A stretch of 64,000 bases of DNA from an uncultured archaeon (lineage in GTDB: Archaea > Aenigmatarchaeota > Aenigmatarchaeia > Aenigmatarchaeales > Aenigmatarchaeaceae), in assembly GCA_964608725.1 (NCBI GenBank), contig CAZSPB010000001.1, positions 171,696 through 235,695 of the forward strand. Reading direction: 5' to 3'. Each line of letters starts with the position of its first letter. Positions within the stretch are counted from its first letter, which is position 1. Made by a program: the position numbers and the translations under genes. The notes beneath the pieces were generated by a model, which made no database searches, was not told the DNA's origin, and saw only the letters and a list, made by a program, of their open reading frames with translations. Below, one piece after another: positions 35,906 to 44,702 of the stretch.

Positions 35906-37309
35906 TCACTTAGCAATTTTTTCCCACTCTTTTTTATTAAGTATACAACCAGGATCGGGGGCCATGTAATCATTAAAGTATGCATAAGCTCTTGCTCTAC
36001 AACCTCCACAAACAAATTTGTATTTACAGTTTGAGCAGTTTCCCTTTAATTTAGTTCTATCTCTCAAATCATTAAAAACTTTTGAATTTTTCCATATATC
36101 ATGGAATTTTTTCTCTCTTATGTTACCAACTTTAATTGGCATGAAAACGCAAGGTTGTACATCACCATTTGGTTCAATAGCGCAATAAATTCTTCCTGCA
36201 CCACAACCACCAATAAATTCTGCAAGCTGTAATATTTTTTCATTTGCCTCTCCAGCAGCATAAAAATGAGTAGGAGCACAAGCCCCATATTCCATAGTTA
36301 CTCTTGCATATTGAGGTGCAGTAGAAAATGTTTCTACCCCTTCATTATTAATTAACTTTTCAGCAAGAAAGGTTAGTAATTTCTCTCTTTCTTCTGGAGT
36401 TAAATCTTTTTTCGCAATTTCAACACCTTTTCCAGTTGGTATAAAATTGAAAACTATCATTCTATTAACTTTTAATTTACAAGCTAAATCGTAAATTTTA
36501 GGTATTTCTTTAATATTGTATTTAGTTGAAGTAGTTGCTATGCATGTATACAAGCCAACTTTTACACAATTTTTTATTCCTCTTATAGTTCTGTTAAAAG
36601 CACCTTTTATTCCTCTAAAAGAATCATGAGTTTTTGAATTGGCTCCATCTAAACTTATTTCAACATAATCAACACATTTACTTAGTTTTTTTGCTATTTT
36701 TTCAGTTATTAAAGTTCCGTTAGTTGCAAGAGCTACATATAACCCTTTTTTATGAGTATATTTAGCTACTTCAAAAAAATCTTTCCTCATCAAAGGTTCT
36801 CCTCCAGAAAAAGCTACAGCTACTGTTCCAATTTCTACAAGATGATCTACCAACTTTTTTGCTTCTTTTGTAGTAAGCTCATCTGGTAGTGGTTTGTCGG
36901 CTCTTTCATAACAATGTTTACATTTTAAATTACAAGCATGAGTAAAATCCCATACTATTAAAAAAGGTGCTGCAACTTTTTGTGGTTTTGTAATTCCATA
37001 TTCAGCAATTCCTTCTAAAACGTTAATTAAACCTTTTTTGAAAACATTTTCTTTCAAACCTTCTTTTATTTCTTTTTCAGAAACACCAAAAATTTTTCCA
37101 CCATTTCTTATAGCATAAGAGACTATTTTCCCAGCAATTTTACATTTCCAACAAGCATTTACTTTTTTTCCCAAGTATTGGTTTATAGCTATTTCCAATC
37201 TGCTACCACATTTATCTCTTTTCACAACGAATTTCAAAAGTCTTTTAAAAATAGGATTATCAAAAGATTTTTTCAAGGATATTATTGTTTCAACAGATTT
37301 TTCTGCCAT
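35906..37309 (-). CDS. Radical SAM protein with C-terminal SPASM-like auxiliary-cluster domain
   Basis: CNLKCKHCY (CxxxCxxC) and C-terminal CGAGRIYCAIEPNGDVQPC...CSNCKYKFVCGGCRARAY, typical of a SPASM/twitch domain. Confidence 0.7.
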   Translation of the reverse strand: MAEKSVETIISLKKSFDNPIFKRLLKFVVKRDKCGSRLEIAINQYLGKKVNACWKCKIAGKIVSYAIRNGGKIFGVSEKEIKEGLKENVFKKGLINVLEGIAEYGITKPQKVAAPFLIVWDFTHACNLKCKHCYERADKPLPDELTTKEAKKLVDHLVEIGTVAVAFSGGEPLMRKDFFEVAKYTHKKGLYVALATNGTLITEKIAKKLSKCVDYVEISLDGANSKTHDSFRGIKGAFNRTIRGIKNCVKVGLYTCIATTSTKYNIKEIPKIYDLACKLKVNRMIVFNFIPTGKGVEIAKKDLTPEEREKLLTFLAEKLINNEGVETFSTAPQYARVTMEYGACAPTHFYAAGEANEKILQLAEFIGGCGAGRIYCAIEPNGDVQPCVFMPIKVGNIREKKFHDIWKNSKVFNDLRDRTKLKGNCSNCKYKFVCGGCRARAYAYFNDYMAPDPGCILNKKEWEKIAK

Positions 37310-37355
37310 AATAATTAAAAGTTGGAATTAAAATTGTAAAAAAGTTTTTATACCT

Positions 37356-38945
37356 TTATTTCCTATGGAACCCTTTGTAAACTTTTTTATAAATACTTCC
37401 AGATTTCAACTTTTTAATATCTCTTTTATAAAAATCATCTTCTAGTTTTTTTCCAGTTTTTCTTTCCCATTCCTTTATACTTAAGCTAAATTTTTCTTGT
37501 ATTTTGTCTCTATACCATTGAGGTATAACATTAAAAGCACAAAAAGGAATTATTCTTCCATCAGGTTGTGCATAATGAATAACACATCTCTCAACTCTTT
37601 GTATGTCATAATTCCATAAATCTTGAAAATGCATCATACCAACAAATAAAGCTTTGTGGTGAAATTCACCTAAAGCTTCATAGTCATGCTTTAATAAAGC
37701 ATTGAAAAGAAGTCTTTTAAGATTTAAACCTTTAGGTTGTTTCTTCTCATCAATAAATTTTCCAATGTTCTTTAAAACTTTGAGAGAAACCAAAAGTTTA
37801 TTTTTTCCAGATCTTATCTCTTTAGCTTTTTCATCCAAGTATTCTAAAAACCCTTCAACATCCACAAACTTTGGTAAAGGAACAACTTTTCTACCATCTA
37901 AAAATAAATAGGTAGCCATTCCACAAGCAGGATGGGCAGTAAGTTCGTAGTGTGGTCTATTCGTTAAAGCCTCAACGAAATGAGTAATAGGAACTACAGT
38001 AGGAACAGGATACCAATCTTCTCTTGAAACTATTCCATTTGTTTGTTCTTCTATTTTTTTGATCACATCTGGTATAGTTATTCTATATTTCCTTCTATCA
38101 GCTTTTGTTATTCTTCCTACTAAAGAGACTGGTTGGTAAGAAATCCCTCTCACTATATCAATATTTTTTAAGGCAAATTTCAAAATGTTACCGACATCAT
38201 GGTCATTTACACTATTTATGACAGTAGGAACAAGGACAATTCCTAAACCTGCTCTCCTACAATTCTCTAAAGCATAAGGAATTTCCCAATGGTTTTTAGG
38301 ATTTGTTTCTTCTGTCGTTCCATCAAAACTTAAGTAAACAGTATTAGAACCAGCTTTTCTAACTTTTTTTGCAAAATTAGGTTTCATTGCTAATTTTATT
38401 CCATTTGTGTTCAATTGAACATGATCATAACCTTCTTCTTTAGCTATTTTTATAATTTCAATTATATCATCTCTTATACAAGGTTCACCTCCTGTTAATT
38501 GTACAGCATTAGCTTTCACTGGCTTTTCCCTCCTCATTACTCTTAACATCATCCTTATTTGTTTTAAAGAAGGTTCGTAAACATATCCCATTCTTTTAGC
38601 ATAAAAGAAACAATACCAACATTGAAGATCGCATCTATTTGTGACTACTATGTTTCCTAGTGCAGTGTGTGACTTATGATTTTTGCATAAGCCACAAGAA
38701 GTTGGGCAAAGAGGAGTTTTAGTTTTTACATTAGGATTTTTTATACCTTTACCATCATGAAGAAACTTCATAGCTTTTTGATACATTTCATAGTCTCCCC
38801 AATATAGCTCTTTAAAACTTCCATGTTTAGGACATTTTTTTCTTATCCAAACTTTCCCTTCCTTTTCAAAAATTTCTGCAGGGATAACTCTTAAACATTT
38901 TGGACAAAGTGATTTTGTTTTTCTTATTGTTTTCATATTTATCAT
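37356..38945 (-). CDS. Radical SAM protein with N-terminal rubredoxin-like Zn/Fe ribbon; possibly tetraether lipid synthase (Tes)-family
   Basis: 529 aa. N-terminal CPKCLRV...CPKHG ribbon, radical SAM NRCDLQCWYCF, extra Cys clusters (CPTSCGLCKNH). This architecture is conserved across archaea. The Tes assignment is a hypothesis. Confidence 0.6.
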   Translation of the reverse strand: MINMKTIRKTKSLCPKCLRVIPAEIFEKEGKVWIRKKCPKHGSFKELYWGDYEMYQKAMKFLHDGKGIKNPNVKTKTPLCPTSCGLCKNHKSHTALGNIVVTNRCDLQCWYCFFYAKRMGYVYEPSLKQIRMMLRVMRREKPVKANAVQLTGGEPCIRDDIIEIIKIAKEEGYDHVQLNTNGIKLAMKPNFAKKVRKAGSNTVYLSFDGTTEETNPKNHWEIPYALENCRRAGLGIVLVPTVINSVNDHDVGNILKFALKNIDIVRGISYQPVSLVGRITKADRRKYRITIPDVIKKIEEQTNGIVSREDWYPVPTVVPITHFVEALTNRPHYELTAHPACGMATYLFLDGRKVVPLPKFVDVEGFLEYLDEKAKEIRSGKNKLLVSLKVLKNIGKFIDEKKQPKGLNLKRLLFNALLKHDYEALGEFHHKALFVGMMHFQDLWNYDIQRVERCVIHYAQPDGRIIPFCAFNVIPQWYRDKIQEKFSLSIKEWERKTGKKLEDDFYKRDIKKLKSGSIYKKVYKGFHRK

Positions 38946-39009
38946 TTATAACTTTTGAAAAGTTTTAAAACTTATAAAAATTTATAAGAAGAAGTATTTA
39001 AATATTACT

Positions 39010-39555
39010 ATGAAATTTTTAAGGGTAATTTCAACTTTACTTTCACCTACTCTAATGGCATTTTATGTGCTAATAGTATTTTCTCTTCTCTCAGAAGCAA
39101 AAATTTTAAGTGCTTTAATAGGTTTTTTCTTTTTAACATTCATACCCAGTTTTTCAATATATTACTTTTCTAAGGGAAGTATCGATTATACTGAAAGAAA
39201 AGGAAGGTGGAAAATGTATTTAATAGCTCTTCTTAGTTATTTGATTGCATCTCTAATATTCTTTTCTTTAAATATTCATCCAATGTTTTTAATTTCTCTC
39301 ACTTATTTTTTTGTGGCTTTTGCAATATGTATCATCAATTTTTTTTGGAAAATTAGTGCACACTCTGCTGGTGTTGCTGGCCCTATAACAGCTTTGATTT
39401 ATGTTTTTGGATTATCTCTTTTACCCCTTTACTTACTAGTTTTTTTAGTTATATGGTGCAGGAGAAAAATGGGTATTCATAACCTTGAGCAGTTAATAGC
39501 AGGTGCAGTTGTAGCTATTTTTATAACTTTCTTAGTTTATAAAATATTGTGGTAG
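39010..39555 (+). CDS. Integral membrane protein, PAP2-like lipid phosphatase?
   Basis: 181 aa, 6 TM. KISAHSAGVAG and CRRKMGIHNLEQ resemble PAP2 motifs C2 (PSGH) and C3 (SRxxxxxHxxxD) with substitutions. Confidence 0.35.
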   Translation: MKFLRVISTLLSPTLMAFYVLIVFSLLSEAKILSALIGFFFLTFIPSFSIYYFSKGSIDYTERKGRWKMYLIALLSYLIASLIFFSLNIHPMFLISLTYFFVAFAICIINFFWKISAHSAGVAGPITALIYVFGLSLLPLYLLVFLVIWCRRKMGIHNLEQLIAGAVVAIFITFLVYKILW

Positions 39556-39556
39556 T

Positions 39557-40030
39557 ATGAACATTAAACAAATTGAAAGGGACATATATACAACATTTGC
39601 TGAAACTGCGTCTTCTATAGGATACTCTGGTATTCATGGGAGGATAATTGCAGCTTTACTTGTAGCTAATAAAAAACTTTCCTTACAAGAATTAGCGAAA
39701 AAAACTGGTTATTCAACTTCAACTATCTCAATAAGCTTAGACCTTTTAGAGCTTCTTGGAATGATTAAAAAAGTGAAGAAAGTAGGTGACAGGAAACTTT
39801 ATATTGAGTTGCATGGTGATCTCTTAGAAGGTTTAAAAAAGGCCTTTCTAATGAGAATCCAAAAAAGTGTTGCAGAAACTTTAAGTAGATTTGAAAAATA
39901 TAAAAAAAATCTAAAAAAAGAAAAAAGTGAAGAAGGGAAAAGAGTATTAAAAGTTCTTAATATTTTGGAAAAAGAAGTTAAAAGAATAGAAAAATATGTA
40001 AACCTTTTATCAAGATTGAAATTACGGTGA
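39557..40030 (+). CDS. Winged-helix transcriptional regulator (MarR/GbsR-like)
   Basis: 157 aa. GRIIAALLVANKKLSLQELAKKTGYSTSTISISLDLLELLGMIKK is a wHTH. K/E-rich coiled C-terminus. Confidence 0.5.
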   Translation: MNIKQIERDIYTTFAETASSIGYSGIHGRIIAALLVANKKLSLQELAKKTGYSTSTISISLDLLELLGMIKKVKKVGDRKLYIELHGDLLEGLKKAFLMRIQKSVAETLSRFEKYKKNLKKEKSEEGKRVLKVLNILEKEVKRIEKYVNLLSRLKLR

Positions 40031-40034
40031 TACA

Positions 40035-40190
40035 ATGAAACTTGGATTATGTGAATATTGTGGTGGGATTGCAACCCAAACATGTAAAGTTTGTGGTGCA
40101 ACTGTTTGCATAAAATGTATTACTCCAAATGGTTGCAAAGTTTGTGAAGAAAAAAAGAAAATGCAAAAGTCTCATCTCGTTACCGATTGA
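40035..40190 (+). CDS. Mini zinc-ribbon protein (51 aa, four CxxC pairs)
   Basis: Untracked ORF starting 5 nt after the regulator stop: MKLGLCEYCGGIATQTCKVCGATVCIKCITPNGCKVCEEKKKMQKSHLVTD. Confidence 0.35.
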   Translation: MKLGLCEYCGGIATQTCKVCGATVCIKCITPNGCKVCEEKKKMQKSHLVTD

Positions 40191-40196
40191 CTTATT

Positions 40197-40430
40197 TCAA
40201 ATAGTTTGTAAGGCTTCAATTAATCCATTCTTTATTTCTTCTTCTGCTGGGAATCCTAGTGAATTTCTAAATCTTTTTTGTCCTGAAGGTGTAATAAAAC
40301 CTTTTGAAATTGAAATGAATTCATTTTCACCTTCAGCTGTTATTGCCTTTTTTCTTGCAACTTCTAAGAATTTGTTTTTTCCAAACTTTATTTCTTTCAT
40401 TTCTATTGTCTCAAATTTTACCATTTTCAT
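40197..40430 (-). CDS. Hypothetical protein (77 aa)
   Basis: Balanced charged composition. Preferred over the overlapping +strand ORF 40129..40461, which is low-complexity antisense. Confidence 0.3.
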   Translation of the reverse strand: MKMVKFETIEMKEIKFGKNKFLEVARKKAITAEGENEFISISKGFITPSGQKRFRNSLGFPAEEEIKNGLIEALQTI

Positions 40431-40510
40431 ACCTCCAAACTTTGTAAAAGTTGAATGGTAAGCTAAATATTTAAAGTTATGCCAGAAAGATATTTACTAT
40501 AGAGTAGTAA

Positions 40511-40759
40511 TTAAATTAAAGTTACAGACTCTACTTCAACCTCAGAAACGCCATCAATATTCTTTATTTCTTCTTCTATTTTGCTTACTCCTTTATCAGG
40601 TACTATTAATAAAATTTTAATAGCTTTTAATCCAAAAGCTATAGGCTCAACTTTTACATCCTTAACTTCAATTCTTTTCAGAATCTCATTTTTTATTTTT
40701 TCTATATCAGTCTCAACTGACCTAGGCAAAATTCTTAATGAAACTGCAACGTTTCCCAT
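40511..40759 (-). CDS. ef1b: Translation elongation factor 1-beta (aEF-1beta)
   Basis: 82-83 aa. GNVAVSLRILPRSVETDIEKIKNEI...EPIAFGLKAIKILLIVPDKGVSKIEEEIKNIDGVSEVEVESV matches archaeal EF-1B. The track start is TTG; ATG is at 40757..40759. Confidence 0.75.
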   Translation of the reverse strand: MGNVAVSLRILPRSVETDIEKIKNEILKRIEVKDVKVEPIAFGLKAIKILLIVPDKGVSKIEEEIKNIDGVSEVEVESVTLI

Positions 40760-40923
40760 CAAGGACCCTCAAATTTACAAACAACACATTTATAATGTCT
40801 TGATAATTTTCTACATTTTAAACATCTGACTATTAAACTCTCCCCACAAGAAGGACAAGGAAACTTAACAAAACCTTCTTGCCCAATTACATTTGTTCCA
40901 CAACTTGAGCAGATTAACTTCAT
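40759..40923 (-). CDS. Zn-ribbon RNA-binding protein linked to translation (COG2888-like)
   Basis: Untracked 54-aa ORF MKLICSSCGTNVIGQEGFVKFPCPSCGESLIVRCLKCRKLSRHYKCVVCKFEGP. Its stop overlaps the EF-1beta start (ATGA). This is the conserved archaeal gene pair. Confidence 0.55.
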   Translation of the reverse strand: MKLICSSCGTNVIGQEGFVKFPCPSCGESLIVRCLKCRKLSRHYKCVVCKFEGP

Positions 40924-40957
40924 TTATTCTAGTTATAACTCTAATAATTTAAATCTA

Positions 40958-41389
40958 TCACTTTTCCAGATGGCTATGCTTATGTTTTTCAAATACTGTT
41001 AAGAAAACTAGTTTTTCTTTTCCTGTATTAATTGTTCTATGCCAGACATTAGAAGGGATTGTTATCAAATCACCTTCTTTTACTCGAAAAACTTTTTTAC
41101 CTACTATTATCTTGCCTTTTCCTTTCAAAAATAAGTAAACTTCTTCAGCTTTATGAGAGTGACCTCTAGTCATTTTAAATTCTTTGTTAACTTTACCTGG
41201 ATATAGAAAGTTCATGCAAATTATTAATTTTTTTAAACCAGTTTTTTTAGAAGGTAAATCTATTAGCACTTCATTTATTTCATTTTCATGGCCTTTTATG
41301 TTCTTATAAATATTTTTCCCTTTTACAACTGCTTCTTTAACTTTTAACTTTAATACTTTTCCTTTAAATTTTTTGAGATTAAATTTCAT
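40958..41389 (-). CDS. Cupin-type glucose-6-phosphate isomerase (cPGI)-like
   Basis: 143 aa cupin. TRGHSHKAEEVY and IPSNVWHRTIN match cPGI signatures (TxGHxHx..AExY ; PPxxxHxxxN). Sits in an operon with tpiA and the FBP aldolase/phosphatase. Confidence 0.5.
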   Translation of the reverse strand: MKFNLKKFKGKVLKLKVKEAVVKGKNIYKNIKGHENEINEVLIDLPSKKTGLKKLIICMNFLYPGKVNKEFKMTRGHSHKAEEVYLFLKGKGKIIVGKKVFRVKEGDLITIPSNVWHRTINTGKEKLVFLTVFEKHKHSHLEK

Positions 41390-42057
41390 AACATCCCTTT
41401 TATTAATTCTTTCATCGATTTTTCAATATTTTTTGATTTAACAACTCCTGATGCAACTAGAATACCTTTTGCACCTAATTCCATAGCTTTTTTAACATCT
41501 TCTTTAGATTTTATACCCGCACCACATAAAACTACAGTATTTTTTGAAATTTTTTTAACAGCTTTAACAGTTTTTTCAATAATTTGTGGTTTTGCTGTAG
41601 AAATAGAAACTTCCCCTCCAATTAATTCTGGTGGTTCAATAGCTATAAAATCAGGTTTTAACTTAGCTATCTTCTTAGCTTCCCTTATATCTTTTGAACA
41701 AACGATAGAAATAAGCTTGTATTTTTTACACAATTTTATACACTTCTTTATTTCTTCAAATGTTATTCTTTTTTCAGAGTGATTTATTAAAGAGCCTATC
41801 CCTCCAAGAACTTTAACTTCCTTAGCTAACAAAGCTCCTGTGTGAGCTCCTGGTTCATATGGGTCTATATGTTGTGAGATTGTTAAAGTAATTTTAGCAA
41901 CTTCATCTAAAAGAGGTGGAGGAGGTGCTATTAGAATAGAAATGTTAAATTTTTTCGACAATTTTTTTGCAATCTTAGCAAATTTTATAGCCCTCTCTCC
42001 CAAAACTTCTTCATATTCTTTCAAGTTTATTATCAACACTGGTAATTTTATTTTCAT
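41386..42057 (-). CDS. tpiA: Triosephosphate isomerase (archaeal short form)
   Basis: 223 aa. NLKEYEE..., active-site region GHSE-like INHSEKRI, AIEPPELIGG, VLCGAGI. Confidence 0.75.
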   Translation of the reverse strand: MKIKLPVLIINLKEYEEVLGERAIKFAKIAKKLSKKFNISILIAPPPPLLDEVAKITLTISQHIDPYEPGAHTGALLAKEVKVLGGIGSLINHSEKRITFEEIKKCIKLCKKYKLISIVCSKDIREAKKIAKLKPDFIAIEPPELIGGEVSISTAKPQIIEKTVKAVKKISKNTVVLCGAGIKSKEDVKKAMELGAKGILVASGVVKSKNIEKSMKELIKGML

Positions 42058-42071
42058 ACAAGATCTCAGAA

Positions 42072-43184
42072 TTATGCTGGCTTAAACCTATCTTTCAGTT
42101 TTTCTAATATTTGAGGTAAAGTTGTGTATTCAAGTTCACCTTCTGGAAGTCTTGATGGCTCAAATTCTCCTTGTCTTCTTAAATAATCTGTCATTTCATT
42201 TACAATTTTTCTTGCTCTATCAAAAGCTGGGTCATCAAACATATCTACAGGTTCTTTCCCTTCAAAACCAATCAATTTTCCTTCACAAAGGTTAAATCCT
42301 AATGCAACACATCTAGGAGGGCCATCAAAAACTGTGCATTTAGCATTTTTCAAACTTACAGGCATTAAAGGTAATCTATGGCTTCCTCTCATAGCACCAC
42401 TTACAATATGGGGAAATGCAAATGCTGATAATACTTCACCAACAGCAGGCAAACCATGTTGACATCTTACTATCATGCAAGGGTCATCCTTTCCAACATA
42501 CTTTCCTGCTATTAAACTTAGCCTAGTTGTACTTGCAACAGCTGCTAAAAGGTTATCTTTAGTTCTAAATACTCTTTCTACAACATAACGGCCGGTTGTA
42601 CCTATAAATGCAATCAAATCATAAATTTCAGAAGGACAAACAAGATCAATATACCTATTTTCCAAAACATCTAAAACTCTAAAAGTAAAACCATCATGCA
42701 TTTTAGGATCAATAATTAAGCCAGCAGTATTATAAGGATCAGCAAATATCTTATATAGAGGTAAATTCCAAGCTCCTGGCTCTGTTTTATCTGCTGCAAA
42801 AACTATAAATGGCTCACTTGGCCTTTCTTCTATTTCCATTTCAGCAACACCAGGGCCCATACCTTTCACATTCCCACTAAAAGTTTCTTTTAAAAGATCT
42901 TGTCCTGCTGCATACAATTTCAAAGGTTTAGAAACTTTTTCTGTAATTTCTTTAAATGTCTCCCAAGCTAGTTGGTGTATTTCAGGATTATTTACACCTT
43001 TTTGATGAGTCATTAAAAGTTCAATATCATCACCACAATTAAAAACATAATAATCTATTATTTTTCCTTCTTTCAAAGCTCTCTCTAAACACTCTTTAGC
43101 AACTTCTAATTGCTTTGGATGAACTCTATGATGCCCAACAATGCTTCCTACATCTGCTTTTATTAAACTAATAGTTACTTTCAT
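42072..43184 (-). CDS. fbp: Fructose-1,6-bisphosphate aldolase/phosphatase (class V FBPase)
   Basis: 370 aa. MKVTISLIKADVGSIVGHH is the signature N-terminus of bifunctional FBP A/P. Confidence 0.85.
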   Translation of the reverse strand: MKVTISLIKADVGSIVGHHRVHPKQLEVAKECLERALKEGKIIDYYVFNCGDDIELLMTHQKGVNNPEIHQLAWETFKEITEKVSKPLKLYAAGQDLLKETFSGNVKGMGPGVAEMEIEERPSEPFIVFAADKTEPGAWNLPLYKIFADPYNTAGLIIDPKMHDGFTFRVLDVLENRYIDLVCPSEIYDLIAFIGTTGRYVVERVFRTKDNLLAAVASTTRLSLIAGKYVGKDDPCMIVRCQHGLPAVGEVLSAFAFPHIVSGAMRGSHRLPLMPVSLKNAKCTVFDGPPRCVALGFNLCEGKLIGFEGKEPVDMFDDPAFDRARKIVNEMTDYLRRQGEFEPSRLPEGELEYTTLPQILEKLKDRFKPA

Positions 43185-43196
43185 CTTAAAACCTCC

Positions 43197-44702
43197 TTAT
43201 CTCATTCCTAACCTTTTTTCTATCGAAGCTATTCTTTTACTCACAATTTTTTCTGCTTTTTTTCTATCTCTCACACCTAAAAGGGTCTTTGCTAAAGTGG
43301 AATCTCCTATTACATCTTTTATCCAATTACTGAAATCGTTTTTGACTTCATTTACATGATATCTAAAAGTTTCGTCACTCATTTCTTTTAAGGCAACTGC
43401 CAAGTCTCTTATATTTCTGAAAACTCTACCATCAACACACCAGAAACATTTATCTTCTGGAACATCTTGAAGGAAAGTATGTATCACTTTTTTTCTCATT
43501 TTCTCACCTCTACTTTTTTTCATTAAAATTTTTCTGATTCTAAAATTCATATCATTCATAATGTTCATGAAAGTTATGAAAGCATCATAAGGTGAGTCAT
43601 ATGGGTTAAAGTATTTGTGAACATCACCATCAGCAAACCATTTCGTACACATATAATAAAAGTGGTCTGCTGTTTGCAATAATCTCCAATCTTTGATCAA
43701 TTTTTCTTCCCTTGTTGCGATAATGTTTTTTTCTAAGGAGTAAAGCTTTCTCATGGCCTCTTTTTGCATTCTATTTCCTAACCATGCACTAACATCTCTT
43801 TCTATATCAGCCCAAGAAACTAGAGTTGGCACGTCTAATTCATCTACAGGCTTATAACTCTTTATTATTTCAGAAGGAGTCATAAAGTTGTCTCCATGTT
43901 CCAAAATCTTAAAAGGCATAGCTTTTAAAAACTCAAATATCCCTGTTTCTTTCCATTGGTGTTCGCCAAATGTTTCATAATCCATGAAGAGATTAACTAT
44001 TTTTCCGTTGAAATTGTTCATATTTATCCAATGTGCATACCTATCGGCTGTTAAAGGAAAACCTTCCCAATCTCTTCTAGAAAATCTGAAAGAAACATCA
44101 TCACTTAATCTATAATGTCTTAAAAGTAGTTTCAAATCACAATCTTTTGCTTTATAAAGGAAGCAGGGAGAGCGACCTTTTAAGATGTGATCTGCACCTT
44201 CTGCTAAAATAGCTTTATAACCCATAGACCTTACTATCTTAGCTATTTCATTGCTGTATATGAGTTCAGTATTTCTAAAAACTTTTGGCTTATAGTTAAA
44301 TACTTTTTTTAATTTCTTTTTATGTAACTCAACTTGCCTCTTAAATTCTTCTATTGAAGCAAGAAAAGCTAGAGAATGATAATAAGTTTCTGCTATAAGT
44401 TCAGCATTTCCAGTTTTTACTAACTCTTTAAAACTTTCTATAACTTCTGGGGCATACTTTTCAAGTTGTTCTATTAGTACTCCAGTTATGCTAAAACTAA
44501 CCTTAAATTTTCCATCAGTATTGTGAATGAGATCTAACAAAATCTTATTTGTCGGTATATAACTTTTTTTTGATATTCTTTCAATGTAAAACTTATTTTT
44601 TTCTTCATCAAAATAGTTTGAATTGTTTCCTATATCGAAAAAACTGAATTTTCTTAACCTTAAAGGTTGATGGACATGTAAATAAAAACAAACTGTTACC
44701 AT
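43197..44702 (-). CDS. Glycoside hydrolase family 57 protein (alpha-glucan branching/amylase-like)
   Basis: 501 aa. N-terminal FYLHVHQP motif of GH57. Confidence 0.7.
   Translation of the reverse strand: MVTVCFYLHVHQPLRLRKFSFFDIGNNSNYFDEEKNKFYIERISKKSYIPTNKILLDLIHNTDGKFKVSFSITGVLIEQLEKYAPEVIESFKELVKTGNAELIAETYYHSLAFLASIEEFKRQVELHKKKLKKVFNYKPKVFRNTELIYSNEIAKIVRSMGYKAILAEGADHILKGRSPCFLYKAKDCDLKLLLRHYRLSDDVSFRFSRRDWEGFPLTADRYAHWINMNNFNGKIVNLFMDYETFGEHQWKETGIFEFLKAMPFKILEHGDNFMTPSEIIKSYKPVDELDVPTLVSWADIERDVSAWLGNRMQKEAMRKLYSLEKNIIATREEKLIKDWRLLQTADHFYYMCTKWFADGDVHKYFNPYDSPYDAFITFMNIMNDMNFRIRKILMKKSRGEKMRKKVIHTFLQDVPEDKCFWCVDGRVFRNIRDLAVALKEMSDETFRYHVNEVKNDFSNWIKDVIGDSTLAKTLLGVRDRKKAEKIVSKRIASIEKRLGMR

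Noticed and set aside
40129-40461. 110-aa +strand ORF
   Set aside because: Phe/Ser-rich low-complexity translation typical of the antisense of AT-rich coding DNA. It overlaps both the mini Zn-ribbon gene and the more protein-like minus-strand ORF 40197..40430.
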